A DNA stretch of 63,937 bases, filler included, from Folioceros fuciformis (Eukaryota), in NCBI GenBank assembly GCA_049999805.1. It is 4 parts of 3 records of this genome, joined end to end, with 100 filler letters (N's around TTAATTAATTAA, not from the genome) between each part and the next. Parts side by side here need not be neighbours in the genome. Positions count along the whole stretch, not along the records: positions 1 to 29,184 come from JBNGIO010006328.1; 3 more parts are not named here. One strand, given 5' to 3'. The notes beneath the pieces are model-generated. The model searched no databases. It was not told the DNA's origin and saw only the letters and a list, made by a program, of their open reading frames with translations. Shown in pieces: positions 13,514 through 25,052 of the stretch; the first letter of the stretch is position 1; the number at the start of each line of letters is the position of its first letter. The position numbers were made by a program, and so were the translations under genes.

Positions 13514-13935
13514 ATGGCTGAATTCCCATCCACTGCTACCATCAACAACATCATTGACATTTTGAAGAACTATCTAGGCTATGTGAATGCGGTCCTGACC
13601 TCTTGGCTTGTCATTGATGGCACTTATGTCAAGCGTGTAATTGCAAAGTCAAATTCAACATCAGCAGTAGATGTAGCAGTCTAAGATTCTAGATGAAGAC
13701 CAACAAGGAAGCACAAAATGTGATCTTATCTAAACTTATAGAACAAGTACTCACAATCATGGAATAGGAACTGCACAAAATGTGATCTTATCTAAACTCA
13801 TAGAACAAGTACTCACAATCATGGAATAGGAGCTGCACAAAATGTGATCTTATCTAAACTTGTAGAACAAGTACTCACAATCATAGAATAGGAGCTAGAG
13901 ATGCAGCCACAACGTGAACATATTTAAATGAATCC
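13514..13935 (+). pseudogene. Degenerate Ty1/copia gag N-terminal remnant containing a 62-bp x3 tandem repeat (13711-13896)
   Basis: Reads ...WLVIDGTY...KEAQNVILSKLIEQVLTIM...ARDAATT*TYL, resembling WSVVDGTY of the gag at 39991-40260. Repeat units start at 13711, 13773, 13835. Confidence 0.55.
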
Positions 13936-14269
13936 TCTAAGGGGTAGTGCATACAATGAGTGTGTGAAATGCAACATAGGCATTTTATCGGATGCATATA
14001 CCATTGGCTGAAAAACTAATCTATCTTGGAACACAGTCAGAAGTAGAGGGCAACACTTGCTCCATTAGCATCTTGTTGAGGGCAACAATTGCTCGATTAG
14101 CATCTTGCTGGACCACTTTGATCAAGGCTCAAGCAGCTATGTAAATGATAGTTTTACTACCTTCAAGTGGTTCTTCAAGGGAGCTCTTCCTAATGATAAG
14201 CTACCTGGCTATGGATTTATCTTCTTTTATCAAGAGTGAACTGGGCATTGCAAGTCAACCCAAGGACTC

Positions 14270-14488
14270 CATAACCACCAGGCATTGGTCACCTTCCCCT
14301 CGGAGCCCAAACGCTTGAGAACCACCAGGCCNNNNNNNNNNTTGGTCACCTTCCCCTCGGAGCCCAAACGCTTGAGAACCACCAGGCCTTGGTCACCTTC
14401 CCCTCGGAGCCCAAACGCTTGAGAACCATCAGACCTTGGTCACCTTCCCCTCGGAGCCCAAACGCTTGAGAACCATCAGACCTTGGTC
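14270..14488. repeat. 47-bp tandem repeat, at least 4 copies, spanning a 10-N gap
   Basis: ttggtcaccttcccctcggagcccaaacgcttgagaaccaYcagRcc at 14285, 14342, 14389, 14436. Confidence 0.9.
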
Positions 14489-15041
14489 CAGCACAACGTG
14501 ATTTGAACAATGGGTTTGTCTCCTTCAAGGACATTGCTTCGTGACAATCCCCTGCTAATCCCGAATTTATGGTGTAGGTGTAGAGGAGAACATTATAGGT
14601 CCATCCCAAGCGCTCTTTTCCAGCACGGATGATTTGTCTTCAAGCAAAGAGAAGAGCTTAGAATGATTTCGTTTTGTTGTAGCTGTATGACAGATTTATG
14701 CAGCATTAACACTGAGCAAGCCTTTGTGGACGACTTACAGACCTCATCTTCAACGAAATTGAATGCATCGCAGCACCAAAATTGACCTTTATTTTTATTT
14801 ACACGCTCGTGAACAGGAACAGGCAAACCGCATCACAAGCCTGAGCACACGTGTGGACACGACGTCCGCTGCAGCAACAGGCTTGGAGGGAACGCCACAA
14901 AACATCACGATACCACATACTGGTGGAAATGAACAGGGCTTTCAACCGCACCAGCAGAGGAAGGTACAGACAACACATCAACAAGCCGAGTGGATCAAAG
15001 AGCTGAAGCCCGGCGACAAGGGCTTTGCAGACGGACGGCTT

Positions 15042-15768
15042 TCAGACGGTCTCGATCTTCCACAGCTGGTTGGGGCCCTTGTTCCACTTGTACAGAGTGA
15101 CGAGGGTGCCATCGCGCACGCCACCGTGCTCGTCATCGGCCTTCCAGGCGTCAAGGTTCTGGGACGTGTTTTTGGCGTTACGCACAGCTTTGTACCCACC
15201 GTCGATGTCGTCGCTCAGGCTCCAGAGCACGCTCTCGTCGAGCTCCTCGGGGTTATACTCCGTGAGACGGACCTGCTGCCCGTCAGATGTGGCGTGCTGC
15301 AGGGCCAGGCCCGTGGCCTTGCTCACCAGTGCGAAGGCGGGGTGCCCGGCGTCGTCCTGCACGCGATTGCCCCAAGACTCGTGGCGAATCCAAACCTGGC
15401 AAGACAAGCCGTCAGAATCCCGTTCCAAGAACTCCGAATTACACCATATCCGGCACGGACTCTACGTTGCCCGCAATACTGACCTGACTGTCGTCATATG
15501 ATTCTCCGGGCGCCAAGACGACCTGATTGTCGCGGACTGTGAGACTGAAGCCGGGGTTGGCCTGGCTGAAGACCTTCACGGCCTGCCGGGAGCGGCGTGT
15601 CTTGCGGCGGGCCTGGCTTTCCCCTGCCGCGGCTTCCCCCCCGTGAGCCTCCTCACGCTCCTCGTCGGAGGAGGAAGACGAGTGCCCGCCTCCCAGACCG
15701 AACAGGCCCCTGGAGCGCTGCTTCGGCTCCTGGTCCTCACCTTTCTCGCGGTGCAAGAACCCAGACAT
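15042..15768 (-). CDS. Euonymus-related lectin (EUL / OSR40-type ricin-B-like lectin); exons 15768-15484 and 15395-15042
   Basis: VKVFSQANPGFSLTVRDNQVVLAP...Q|VW...PAFALVSKATGLALQH...DESVLWS...NLDAW...GGVRDGT...WNKGPNQLWKI; 88-nt GT-AG phase-0 intron; 212 aa. Confidence 0.93.
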
Positions 15769-15883
15769 GGTGCAAATGCAGTGGCGAAGTCACAGATGGA
15801 TTGAGGAAGAGAATGCAGATGAGACAGTAGCGGAGAAGAGCAGAGGAATGAGATCGCTTGTAGAGAGGTGGCGGCCTTGGCTG

Positions 15884-16200
15884 GTTATAAAACCTCATGT
15901 CAGTACGAATTTGGGCGAGAGTGTGGCGGCATCCAAGTGGCGCTCGTCCACGCGGCGGCTTGACGCTGGCTAGCAGCCCAGCACGCCAATTGAGGGCTCC
16001 CTTGTGTCATAGCCGTTTCAGACTGTCTTACGGGGATATGTAAAATACTCTAGATGTGATATACGTGTAAAGCCCTTCTCGCGTGGAGTCTGTCAACTTT
16101 CACTATGCTCTGTCCACATTCATTGTGGATGCCTCGATGGACTGGGGATTGTCGTGGAAGAGATGGACCAACATCCCAGAAACATGGTACACGTGTCCAG
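15884..16200 (-). promoter_or_regulatory. Putative EUL promoter with TATA-like element and ABRE/G-box-like motifs
   Basis: ttttataac (minus strand) near 15885; tacgtgt near 16062; acacgtgtc near 16189. EUL/OSR40 genes are typically ABA/stress induced. Confidence 0.4.
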
Positions 16201-16288
16201 CGACGTCGACGTTCTCTAGAGACTACGGGATGCGATGCTGATAGCTAGGCCCGAAGGTGAGGTCGGTGGCTACGTCTTGAACCATGAT

Positions 16289-18216
16289 TTAGCTGATGAG
16301 CTTGAGGGCACCCTGTGAACACATCCTGGTGGAGTTAGGTCTATGTGAGAGGGTCGTTCAAGGAATCCTGGGGTTCGAGGTGAGATGAATTACGTCTTGG
16401 ACAACGAAGGCATCAGCTTGATCTGTCGGGGGTTTGTCCCATTCGGCGATGAATATGGGAGCCAATCCTGATTTGTAGTTGGGAACTTCTGAGGAAACCA
16501 GCGGTGCAAAAGTTGATCAGAGAAAGTCGAGGGAGCACAGTTGCGAGTCCCAACGTGAGTATCAATTCAGCACTTCGAGGAAGAGGAGCATGACGAGGGG
16601 CACAGATGGAAAGGGAACCACGAAAGACTGTCTTTGCTTTGCTGTAAAGCTTGCCTGGATAGTACGGCCCTTGCAGGATCAGTCGGTGAGTGACAAACTT
16701 CTGTCAATACAACGACTTTATATCAGTAGAAGCCTACTTGAGCTGTGGGTGACTCTCATGTCTGCACGACTGGAAAATTTCTGGTGAGTGAGAGGTCTTG
16801 GATGTGGCAGAAACTAGCACTCACCTGCCAAGCAGGTGGCATGTACTCCCGATGTGATGGCTTCCCCGTCTTCTTATGCCTCTGCACGATTGGTAGTTGC
16901 AGCCGTTCATACAAATCCCTGCCAGCATAAGTCCTGCACAGAAGAGGCCACCCGTGAGAGGCTCCCCAGATAACGTACGAAGAAACGTAGCACTGATCCC
17001 GTCTTCCTTCACTCACCCATCATCCTCATCATCATCAGGGACATCAGCTTTGATTCCCGAGCAGTCGCCAGTTCCGCTGAACAGAAGTATTTTGGAAGCA
17101 ACAACCAGCATCCGGTGAATATGGAGGAGTTGCCGCAGTTCACGTACCACAGCTTCAGAGACAACCTGGAGGCTCAATGTAGATCTGCCAAAAAACACAG
17201 AATGCCGTGCCGTTGACGAGTGAGCAACAGCTTAGAAAGGATGGCAGCTACACATCTCAGGCACTCAAGCAGATGTTGAACATGGTACGCAGGCGGGACA
17301 CAGGGGCACTGCATTCGAACTGGTTCAAAGCAAATTGTATCAAGAATGAACTAAGCTTTGGTTCAAAAACTCACCCACCAGTTTGGGCCATGGCAGATGA
17401 AGTGGGCTGACATGCTCGATCAAGCCAGAAATACGCGCCAATGCTGTCGACACAAGTCAGGGACGGTCAACACCAGGAGCATTTCTACCACAAAAGAGGT
17501 GTATCAACAACATCAGGGCCTTGCTCACACCTGTCAATCAAAAACAGGCGAACACCGTTCTGAAACTTGTCTGTAACACCTTTGAGCCGGGGACCAATGG
17601 TCTGCCACCCATGCCCATCACTTCAGTCCATCGTCGCCAGTCACCTTCCCAAGCCATCTCAACACCAACCCTCCCGCCCAGTCTCCCTAACCTTCAAAGC
17701 AGCGAGCAGCTCAATGCTGTCGTAGCACCTAACGTAGCAAAACCGCTGAAGAGAAGCAGCAAGCAGCTCCTCCTCACTCCAATCCTCCTCCCCATCCCCG
17801 TCCTCAGCTGCCCTGGTCTTCACCAGCCGTGAGCGAACCACTGCCAAAAACCTCAACCTGTCGAACCGGCAGTCTAGATCAAACCAGACCACCACACTCT
17901 CCGCCCCTCCACAACCCTTGGGCACCACACACTCGACAGCCATCTACACACAAAACCCACCTCAAAATCAGTGGTAACATCCCACTCCAACGCAATCCCC
18001 TCCCGTCACATCCCGCCCCACTCCACAACCCACCTGCAACAAAAGCTCAGTCTTAGCCGACCCCGACGGCCCAGCCACCTCCAACACGTCCCCCGCATGC
18101 AGCGACACCCGGTACAGCGGCAAGAAGGACCCGAGCACAGGCATCCTCCCCTTGGTCACCCGCAGCAGCATCTGCTTGGCAGTCTCATCGACCTTCACCC
18201 ACTCCCGCACATCCAT
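16289..18216 (-). CDS. XRCC2: RAD51 paralog XRCC2, multi-exon
   Basis: MDVREWVKVDETAKQML...GDVLEVAGPSGSAKTELLLQ (Walker A); FDLDCRFD; VRCYDS; LFLIDSIGAYFWLDR (Walker B); REYMPPAWQ|KFVTHRLIL; IAEWDKP; terminal GALKLIS* with TAA at 16289-16291. Confidence 0.9.
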
Positions 18217-18546
18217 CACGGCTCTTGTCTCCCACCTCCCTTCCTTCTCCGTCCCGCATCACCTCCAATTCCCACCAAAAACGCCGTCCAGAACATGCTC
18301 GGTACGAGAGGTCTGACTGAATCTATTGCAATCCGGAGTTCTAGCACAGCCCCCCACACCCCCCACACCCCCCCACACCCTCCCGGCCCACTCGTACCCC
18401 TAACTTAGCAACTGACCACATAACTATGATAACTATGATGCAAGAGACAAGACTGACACATCTAGCAAATGCAATGGCACCCTCGCAGCCCAAAGCAACA
18501 ACGATATTGGATAATACCTTTGATCATAAATTTTTGGATATTGGTA

Positions 18547-19922
18547 CAGTCCACCCTCCCTAAATGTTACCTGTAGGGCATTGGGTACCATTTAAGGAGG
18601 TCTAACATATAGAGAAAATATTTAAAATATTTAAAATATATTATATATTATATATAAACATTATATATTTAATAATATATAAATTTAGAATAAAAAATGA
18701 AAAAAAATGAACTTCAAAATGGCTTAAAAAAACGGGTTATTTCTACTTGTATCAAAGAGGACCTAACTTGCTTTAAAACTTCTTTCTCGATTTGTTGCAA
18801 ATTCTTAATTGTAGACATCATATCATTTGGTTGTTGCTCCAAAAACATGCGTATCACCCCAAGTGCATCTTCTACTTGAGCACGACCTAAAATAGGCCTT
18901 TCTTCATAATATTCTTCAAAAGAATTTTCAACGTCGACAACTTCATTTTCGGGTGGAGGTTGAGTAGAAGCCCATATATCATCTGCATCCGGAGTAGAAA
19001 AGATAGCACATGCATTTGTCACCTCATAATCAACAAATTCTTCTGCAGACATAGTAGGGGTCAATCCTGTTGTGTCAAGTCCTAAATCCCTCAGCTGATA
19101 AAGAAGCATTTCTATTTCTGCGTAATCTCTATTGTAAAATCTTCACGTGTTGCTTGATTGTCTTGTTGTTGCTCATCATCACTGTTAGCATTCCATGTCT
19201 CAAAACTAAGTTGATTCAAGTCTATATCCGACACGCTACCACTTGCTCTCTCCTACCATAACCCCGAGTGTTTCCAACAATTTCTAATGATTTTCCCTTT
19301 AACATCGATACGCCAAGCTTTTTCCAACATAGTCACAACATGATATACATCAATAAGAGGAGAATTACTATTTTGAATCTCTTGGATTTGATGCTGAACA
19401 AGCCTTTTCCTGTAATTGGCCTTAAAAGACTGTATAATGCCTGCATCCATGGGTTGGTAGCGAGCCGTAACATTAAGAGGAAAAAATTCAACTCTTGTAA
19501 TTTGAAGCTTACTTTGTGTCTCAGCTGATAGTTTATGAATAGGAGCATTATGCAAAAGAAGCAAGACATTAATACGGCCCCTAACTCTCATGTTCGCATC
19601 AAAAAAGAGAATAAATTGCTCAAATAAAGCCACCGACATCCAAGCATTTGAGTTTGCTGACCAATGAATACCCCAATTCTCCACTCGTCCAATGTTGCGA
19701 CTAGTAAAAGCTCTAGGCCTAAAGAATTTGTTGATCACAAAGGGTGGTAATTTATAACTACCATCCATATTGGTTGTCAAAGCAACATTTAGCCTTTCCT
19801 TTCGAGTTTTCTTCCCACTCAGCCTCTTCGATGCCAATGTTTTGTTCGGTTCCAATCTGCAGAACAACCCTCTTTCATCCATGTTAAAAATATCATGAGG
19901 CTCGTATTCGCATGATACTTTA
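18547..19922 (-). mobile_element. 5'-truncated pogo/Tigger-like (DDE_1) DNA transposon
   Basis: IFNMDERGLF, KERLNVALTTNMDGS, NAWMS, YQPMDAGIIQSFKANYR, IRNCWKHSG; acidic tail ending QVEITRFFKPF; candidate terminal TA|CAGTCCACCCTCCCTAAAT at 18545-18565. Confidence 0.85.
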
Positions 19923-20212
19923 GGCGACACCCGGTACAGCGGCAAGAAGGACCTGAGCACGAGCATCCTCCCCTTGCTCACCCGCTGCAGCATCTGCTTG
20001 GCAGTCTCATCCACCTTCACCCACTCCCGTACCTCCATCACCGTTCTCGTCTCCCACGTCGCTTCCCTCCCGTCTCGTGGTTCCTCCAATTCCCAATACA
20101 AACGCCGTCCAAAACAAACGCCGTCTAAATCAAAGCCCGTCTAAACGCCAGTGGGCAGTAAGAGGTATCAGTCCGACCTCCATTCGCGACGAATCTATTT
20201 CAATCCGAAGTT
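19923..20212 (-). pseudogene. Duplicated XRCC2 upstream region and first 38 codons, in frame with the transposase (ORF 20038-19253, 261 aa)
   Basis: Aligns by eye with ~18102-18340; MEVREWVKVDETAKQMLQRVSKGRMLVLRSFLPLYRVS versus MDVREWVKVDETAKQMLLRVTKGRMPVLGSFLPLYRVS. Confidence 0.9.
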
Positions 20213-21234
20213 TCGTGGCCCGAGCTAGCGCGGGGCTAGCACACGCCTACACGAGCCCTGTACGCCAAGTGTGCAGACAGATGCCCGCCACGCTGGCACG
20301 GAGCTTGTGCCAGGCCGGTGCGAGCACGCGCTCACCCGCTTGGGGCGCGTGCCGGCTCTTTCGTGGGCCCGATCTGGGCACGGACACTTGTCCTTGTCGC
20401 CACGGGGGCCCACAGTTTATCCGCACTCAGCTTCTCGGTACTGGTTTTAACAAGACCCAAAAATATGCGACTCTTTCACAAACCGAAAACGAGCCCCTTG
20501 ATTCTAATTACATCCGATCAAACTCTATAGTATGTATGATATGTGAAATTTGTGTCTGCTCCTATTAGACCTTACTATCATTTCTTCACGATTCACGACG
20601 CAGTGGCTAAGCTTGTCGTAATCTCATGTTGTGGGAGAGATCTCATAGTTGAACGTTTCCTTTTCTGCTGATAAGCTGGAGCATTAAGCCGGACTGCAGT
20701 CCTGTCCTCCACCCCAAGCAGAGAGGAAGCTCTGCGTAAGCCGGAGGGTGGATCCCTGTGCCCCTGGCGGATACAAGGGAGTGTAAATCGTTGAAGGAGG
20801 CGGGAATAACTGACGCAATAAACAGGACAACGTCACGTTAGCAGAGGCCGGGCCAGAGGAACGAGCCTGCCCGAGAAGGGAGCGGGCCACGGGAGTTCCG
20901 AGTGGATACGTACCTATAAGAGGGTGAGTGCAAACAGGAAGCCGCCACGAAGAAGCCCTTTGGGCGGGGGGCCTCATAAATCGGTGCTCTTTCCGGGATC
21001 TATTCGCGTTGCAAGAATGTGGCTGCTTGCAGCGCAGCGTGCGGATGCGCGGCTGCTGTAAGGTGTGCCACGCCCTGGCCCCGGCGTGGTGTGGTGTGGT
21101 GTGGTGTGCTGTGCAGAGAGATTTGCATGCGGGAGGAAGCGGGTGCGCAATGGCTGGCCGGGACGGCGGCCAATTCGGAGCATGCACCAATTCTGACCGG
21201 GACCTGTGTGGGTGGTGGCGCAGGAAGGAGAAAC

Positions 21235-22679
21235 ATGGGAAGCGGCCATGATCCGCACGAGGAGCAGCACCACGCCACGCACTACACCGAAGCCAGGCTG
21301 CACGGCGGCCCCGTGCATGCAATTCAAGATGAGCTGGTGAAGATGTATCCGCAGGGGGATCCGCGACGCTTGCTTACGGCGGAGGGGGATTCGGTGGTGT
21401 TGTCGAAGGCGTATGATCCGGCGCAGGTGCGTGTTGGTGTTTTTGTGTGCGTGTGTGAGTGAGGGAGATGCTTTTTGTTGTTGAGTTCTGGAGGAATGGC
21501 GAATTTGGTTTTGTTTTTTATTGCCTTTTCTTTGTGGGCGGAGATCTGTGTTCTTGGTGCGGCTGCGGCCGGGGTTTGGCTGAATCTGATCGCTGCATTC
21601 TGGATGGCCAGAAGTGGTATAAGGACGATGCGGGAGCCGGGAGAGTGGTGCAGGACGAGGAGGCGCAGGCCGGACTTGTGAAGAAAGATGCGGCGGCCTA
21701 CGACGGGCTTAGCTTCAAGCAGCACATGATTGCGGGATCTGTTGCTGGGATGGTGGAACACATGGCCATGTTCCCTATCGACACGATCAAGACACGGATG
21801 CAAGTCCTGTCTACTCCCGGTAATCAAACTCACACCAAAGTGTTGCGAGCTTTCTCTTCCATTATGAAGAGTGAGGGTCCGTTAGGGCTTTACCGAGGGA
21901 TCGGAGCCATGGGGTTAGGAGCAGGACCAGCGCATGCTGTTTATTTTTCGGTTTACGAGGTGTGCAAGGAGAAATTGGGAGGCAACAGGGAGGGCCACCA
22001 TCCGTTTGCCCATGCTGTGGCAGGGGCGTGTGCAACCGTGGCTAGTGATGCAGTTCTGACACCTATGGATGTTGTAAAGCAGAGGTTGCAGCTGAGGCAG
22101 AGTCCTTACAATGGTATAGTGCACTGCATCAGACAGATGCTACAGCAGGAAGGAGTTAAGGCCTTTTATGCATCTTACAAGACCACTGTCATGATGAACG
22201 TGCCGTTCACGGCTGTCCACTTTGCATCCTATGAAGCAGCCAAAAAGTACCTTGCTCAAACAGATGATGACGAAAACTTTTTTACACACCTCACTGCCGG
22301 GGGACTGGCGGGAGCCCTTGCAAGTGCTGTTACCACGCCCTTGGACGTGGCCAAGACACGATTGCAATGCCAGGTACGATTTGCTTACACTTCACATTTC
22401 GAAAGCGTGTCTTTGAGGTTGATATGCTTTGTGCTGTTTAGGTCTTCTTGTCTCACTTGTCAGGCTTGATCACAGGGTGTTTGTGGGGGAGAACGGTTTC
22501 ATAATACCTCAATCATGGCCGTGCTACGAAAGATCGTTTCACAGGAGGGAGCTGGGGCTCTTTGGAAGGGTGTGAGGCCGCGTGTGATGTTTCACACCCC
22601 CGCAGCAGCCATCTGTTGGACAACATATGAAGCCAGTAAGCGCTTTCTGCAGCGTTGGAACGATGACATGGAGAACTGA
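21235..22679 (+). CDS. Mitoferrin-type mitochondrial carrier (MIT/MRS3-4-like) with an N-terminal partial EUL-lectin segment; exons 21235-21426, 21612-22373, 22476-22679
   Basis: DGLSFKQHMIAGSVAGMVEHMAMFPIDTIKTRMQ, GAGPAHAVYFSVYE, TPMDVVKQRLQ, MNVPFTAVHF, TPLDVAKTRLQCQ|GVCG, PRVMFHTPAAAICWTTYE. Three PxD/ExxK signatures are present. The carrier call is firm; exon 1 is inferred. Confidence 0.88.
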
Positions 22680-23262
22680 AGTCATAGCTTCAAATGGAAT
22701 GTGCTTCATCAAGGCGGCTTACTACATCTCAACGTTAGAAGATTAAGACACCGGATTACGGTAAATGAAACTGGTTCAAGTACTAGCTCAGTACTTGATT
22801 CAGTTCTGTAACATAGTAGCAGAGGTAGCAGTAGAATTAAAATACAGGTCCGGTAAAAAGTTATTCACCTTCCAGCAATCCTTCGAGTCAAAAAATGTTG
22901 GGTAGTAATGAAAGAAAAATAAAATAGCTGGAAAAGTTGACAATGTTTAAAAGTATTACGAATTTCATAACTATTCTCACAAATTGTGGAAGAAAACTTT
23001 GAGCAAAATTATCGCCACACTTCTATGTACACGCCAACCAAATCTCTCCTCCCCCAATAATGAAAGGAATAAAGTTGCTGGAGCAGTTTACGTTCAAACG
23101 TATTCCGAGTTTCACAACTTTTCTCACAATTGTGACAGGAGACTTCTGGCAATCTGCCACATTTCCGTGTGTATAATAACCAAACCCCTCCTGCCCCAAG
23201 TACCTGGTGCACCTCAGCAGATACATACTTTCGCGACGTCAGTTACAACAACTGTCCAGGTT

Positions 23263-24810
23263 TCAATAGAAACCTACCGGAGCATCAAGGGAACTATTGA
23301 CAATAGCCAATGCCAAATACTGAGAACCCATACCAGTAGCTTTTGCCGACGAGTTCGGGCTGTCTTCTTCAAGCCAAGGTGCCTCACCATCTCCAACCAG
23401 CCTCCAGTACCCTAACTGCAGCGCCTCGGCTTGGTCCTCGTTCGCAGACTTCAGTAAGTGCTCCAATCTGGTGTTGATTCCCAACATTCCCAGAAGTCGC
23501 GACTGAGTCACTGGACCGAATGCAGTGGCACCTGTTTTGGACTCCTCCACCGTGTGCTTCAAGGCAGCAAAGTCGACATGGGCACTTAGATCAGCTGTGC
23601 CTGGATCTTGAAAAACATTCACAAACTGGTGCTTCTGGATAGCTTGCAGACTGTCTGAGATCAGATGATCTTTGCCATAGTCAATGATCAAAGCCCCACC
23701 CCCATCTTCTCCAACCCGCCGAGCAATATCACGGATCACCTTCAAGGATTGGGGACAAACTTCCACCTGCTCTACTTTCCCTTTCTCCTCTGCAGTTGCC
23801 CACTTCAACCGAGGACCTAAAAAGATATAGGAAGCAGGAGTGGGATCTGGTGAGAGCACAAACTGCAGTCCAAGTTCGGAGTCCTCTGAAACATCTACTA
23901 GTTTCTCCCTCCATCCTATGTCAGTCCTCTGGAATTGATGGATAGGCAATGCATCAAAAAACTCGTGGGCAATAATAATTGTAGGGACGCCCTTAGGAAC
24001 CTGCTCAAGTTCCACATACCATGATATAGGAGCGCCTGTAATTTCAGAAACAGCGTTCACACGACCTGATTTTTCAATACCAACTCCTTCATTTGTTGAC
24101 ATTGTTGCTCCAGGATCTGATTCGCAAACAGGACGCGCCAGTTTCTCTCCTGCTGGTCTGCACTTGAGAATCTTATATTGCCGTTTCCTCAATGCGGGGC
24201 TACACTCAACAAGATGAACAGAAAGTGCCTGTGAAAATGCTGTGAAGTTCTCAGTGCCTCGCAGCAGGTCTGCCATTAGGGTTCCCCGGCCTGGCCCTAG
24301 CTCGACAAGGTTAACCTGCTTAGGTGCTCCCATTTGTTGCCAGAGACAAGTGGTCCAAACTCCCACCAGTTCCCCAAACATCTGGCTGATCTCGGGTGAC
24401 GTAACGAAATCTCCTTCACTGCCAAAAACATCCCGGTGCATGTAAAACCCGGCAGTTGGATTGGTGAGAACCTCACCCATGTACTCCGCGACGGTGATAG
24501 GTCCCCCTCGGAACCTAATCAGACTTTTGATATGCCTTGCCAAACAAGTTTCTTCACTCTTACCTGCAGCTCCTTCACGATGCTCATGCTGTTTCAACCC
24601 TGACCGATCCACAGCAATCGTGGAGTCTGTCTCTAGTTCAGTACTAGACATCCTTGGGCCAGAAGCAATCCATGGAAAGAAGCGCACATAGTTGTAAACA
24701 GATGAAACACCATATCTAGCACCCCAGCCAACCCCCTCGCAACCTCCCACTCCCTTGCTCCATGCTGATGCAAAAGGAACGCGGGAACAGGCTCGTTGCA
24801 AGAATGCCAT
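23263..24810 (-). CDS. NDUFAF7: Mitochondrial protein arginine methyltransferase, complex I assembly factor (MidA family), intronless
   Basis: GPITVAEYMGEVLTNP, GDFVTSPEISQMFGE, LVELGPGRGTLMADLLR, IAHEFFDALP, ALIIDYG, PGTADLSAHVDF; first ATG at 24810. Confidence 0.95.
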   Translation of the reverse strand: MAFLQRACSRVPFASAWSKGVGGCEGVGWGARYGVSSVYNYVRFFPWIASGPRMSSTELETDSTIAVDRSGLKQHEHREGAAGKSEETCLARHIKSLIRFRGGPITVAEYMGEVLTNPTAGFYMHRDVFGSEGDFVTSPEISQMFGELVGVWTTCLWQQMGAPKQVNLVELGPGRGTLMADLLRGTENFTAFSQALSVHLVECSPALRKRQYKILKCRPAGEKLARPVCESDPGATMSTNEGVGIEKSGRVNAVSEITGAPISWYVELEQVPKGVPTIIIAHEFFDALPIHQFQRTDIGWREKLVDVSEDSELGLQFVLSPDPTPASYIFLGPRLKWATAEEKGKVEQVEVCPQSLKVIRDIARRVGEDGGGALIIDYGKDHLISDSLQAIQKHQFVNVFQDPGTADLSAHVDFAALKHTVEESKTGATAFGPVTQSRLLGMLGINTRLEHLLKSANEDQAEALQLGYWRLVGDGEAPWLEEDSPNSSAKATGMGSQYLALAIVNSSLDAPVGFY

Positions 24811-25052
24811 CGATCCCTCCAAGTAAATCCGGAGCCACAGAAATCATCAGCTGCTCTGGGCTGAAAGAACCACCAAGCTGAGCTACCACCCAAAGTCAGG
24901 CAAGGGGTACGAAAAAGCACCTCGCATAGCTCAAAACCCTACTCAGATGTCATTAGATAATTGAAAGAGTACAATCGGACCAACAAAAGCCGTAGATCCG
25001 GCAACAGCGGACAACCTCGTCTCCGTCTCCCACGACTCTCCAAGCACCAAAA

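Noticed and set aside
14100-14770. Possible LINE zinc-finger remnant around the 47-bp array
   Set aside because: Only vague motif resemblance; too degenerate to support.
14763-15501. Long plus-strand ORFs (239 aa and 158 aa)
   Set aside because: Antisense shadows of the GC-rich EUL coding sequence.
20700-20756. ggagggtgga as the missing second pogo TIR, or a structured RNA hairpin
   Set aside because: Only a 10-nt match without the terminal CTG-TA; the stem is short and matches no RNA family I recognise.
21459-21611. ORF-track N-terminus MREMLFVVEFW... of the carrier
   Set aside because: T/G-rich sequence bounded by GT 21427 and AG 21611; read as intron.
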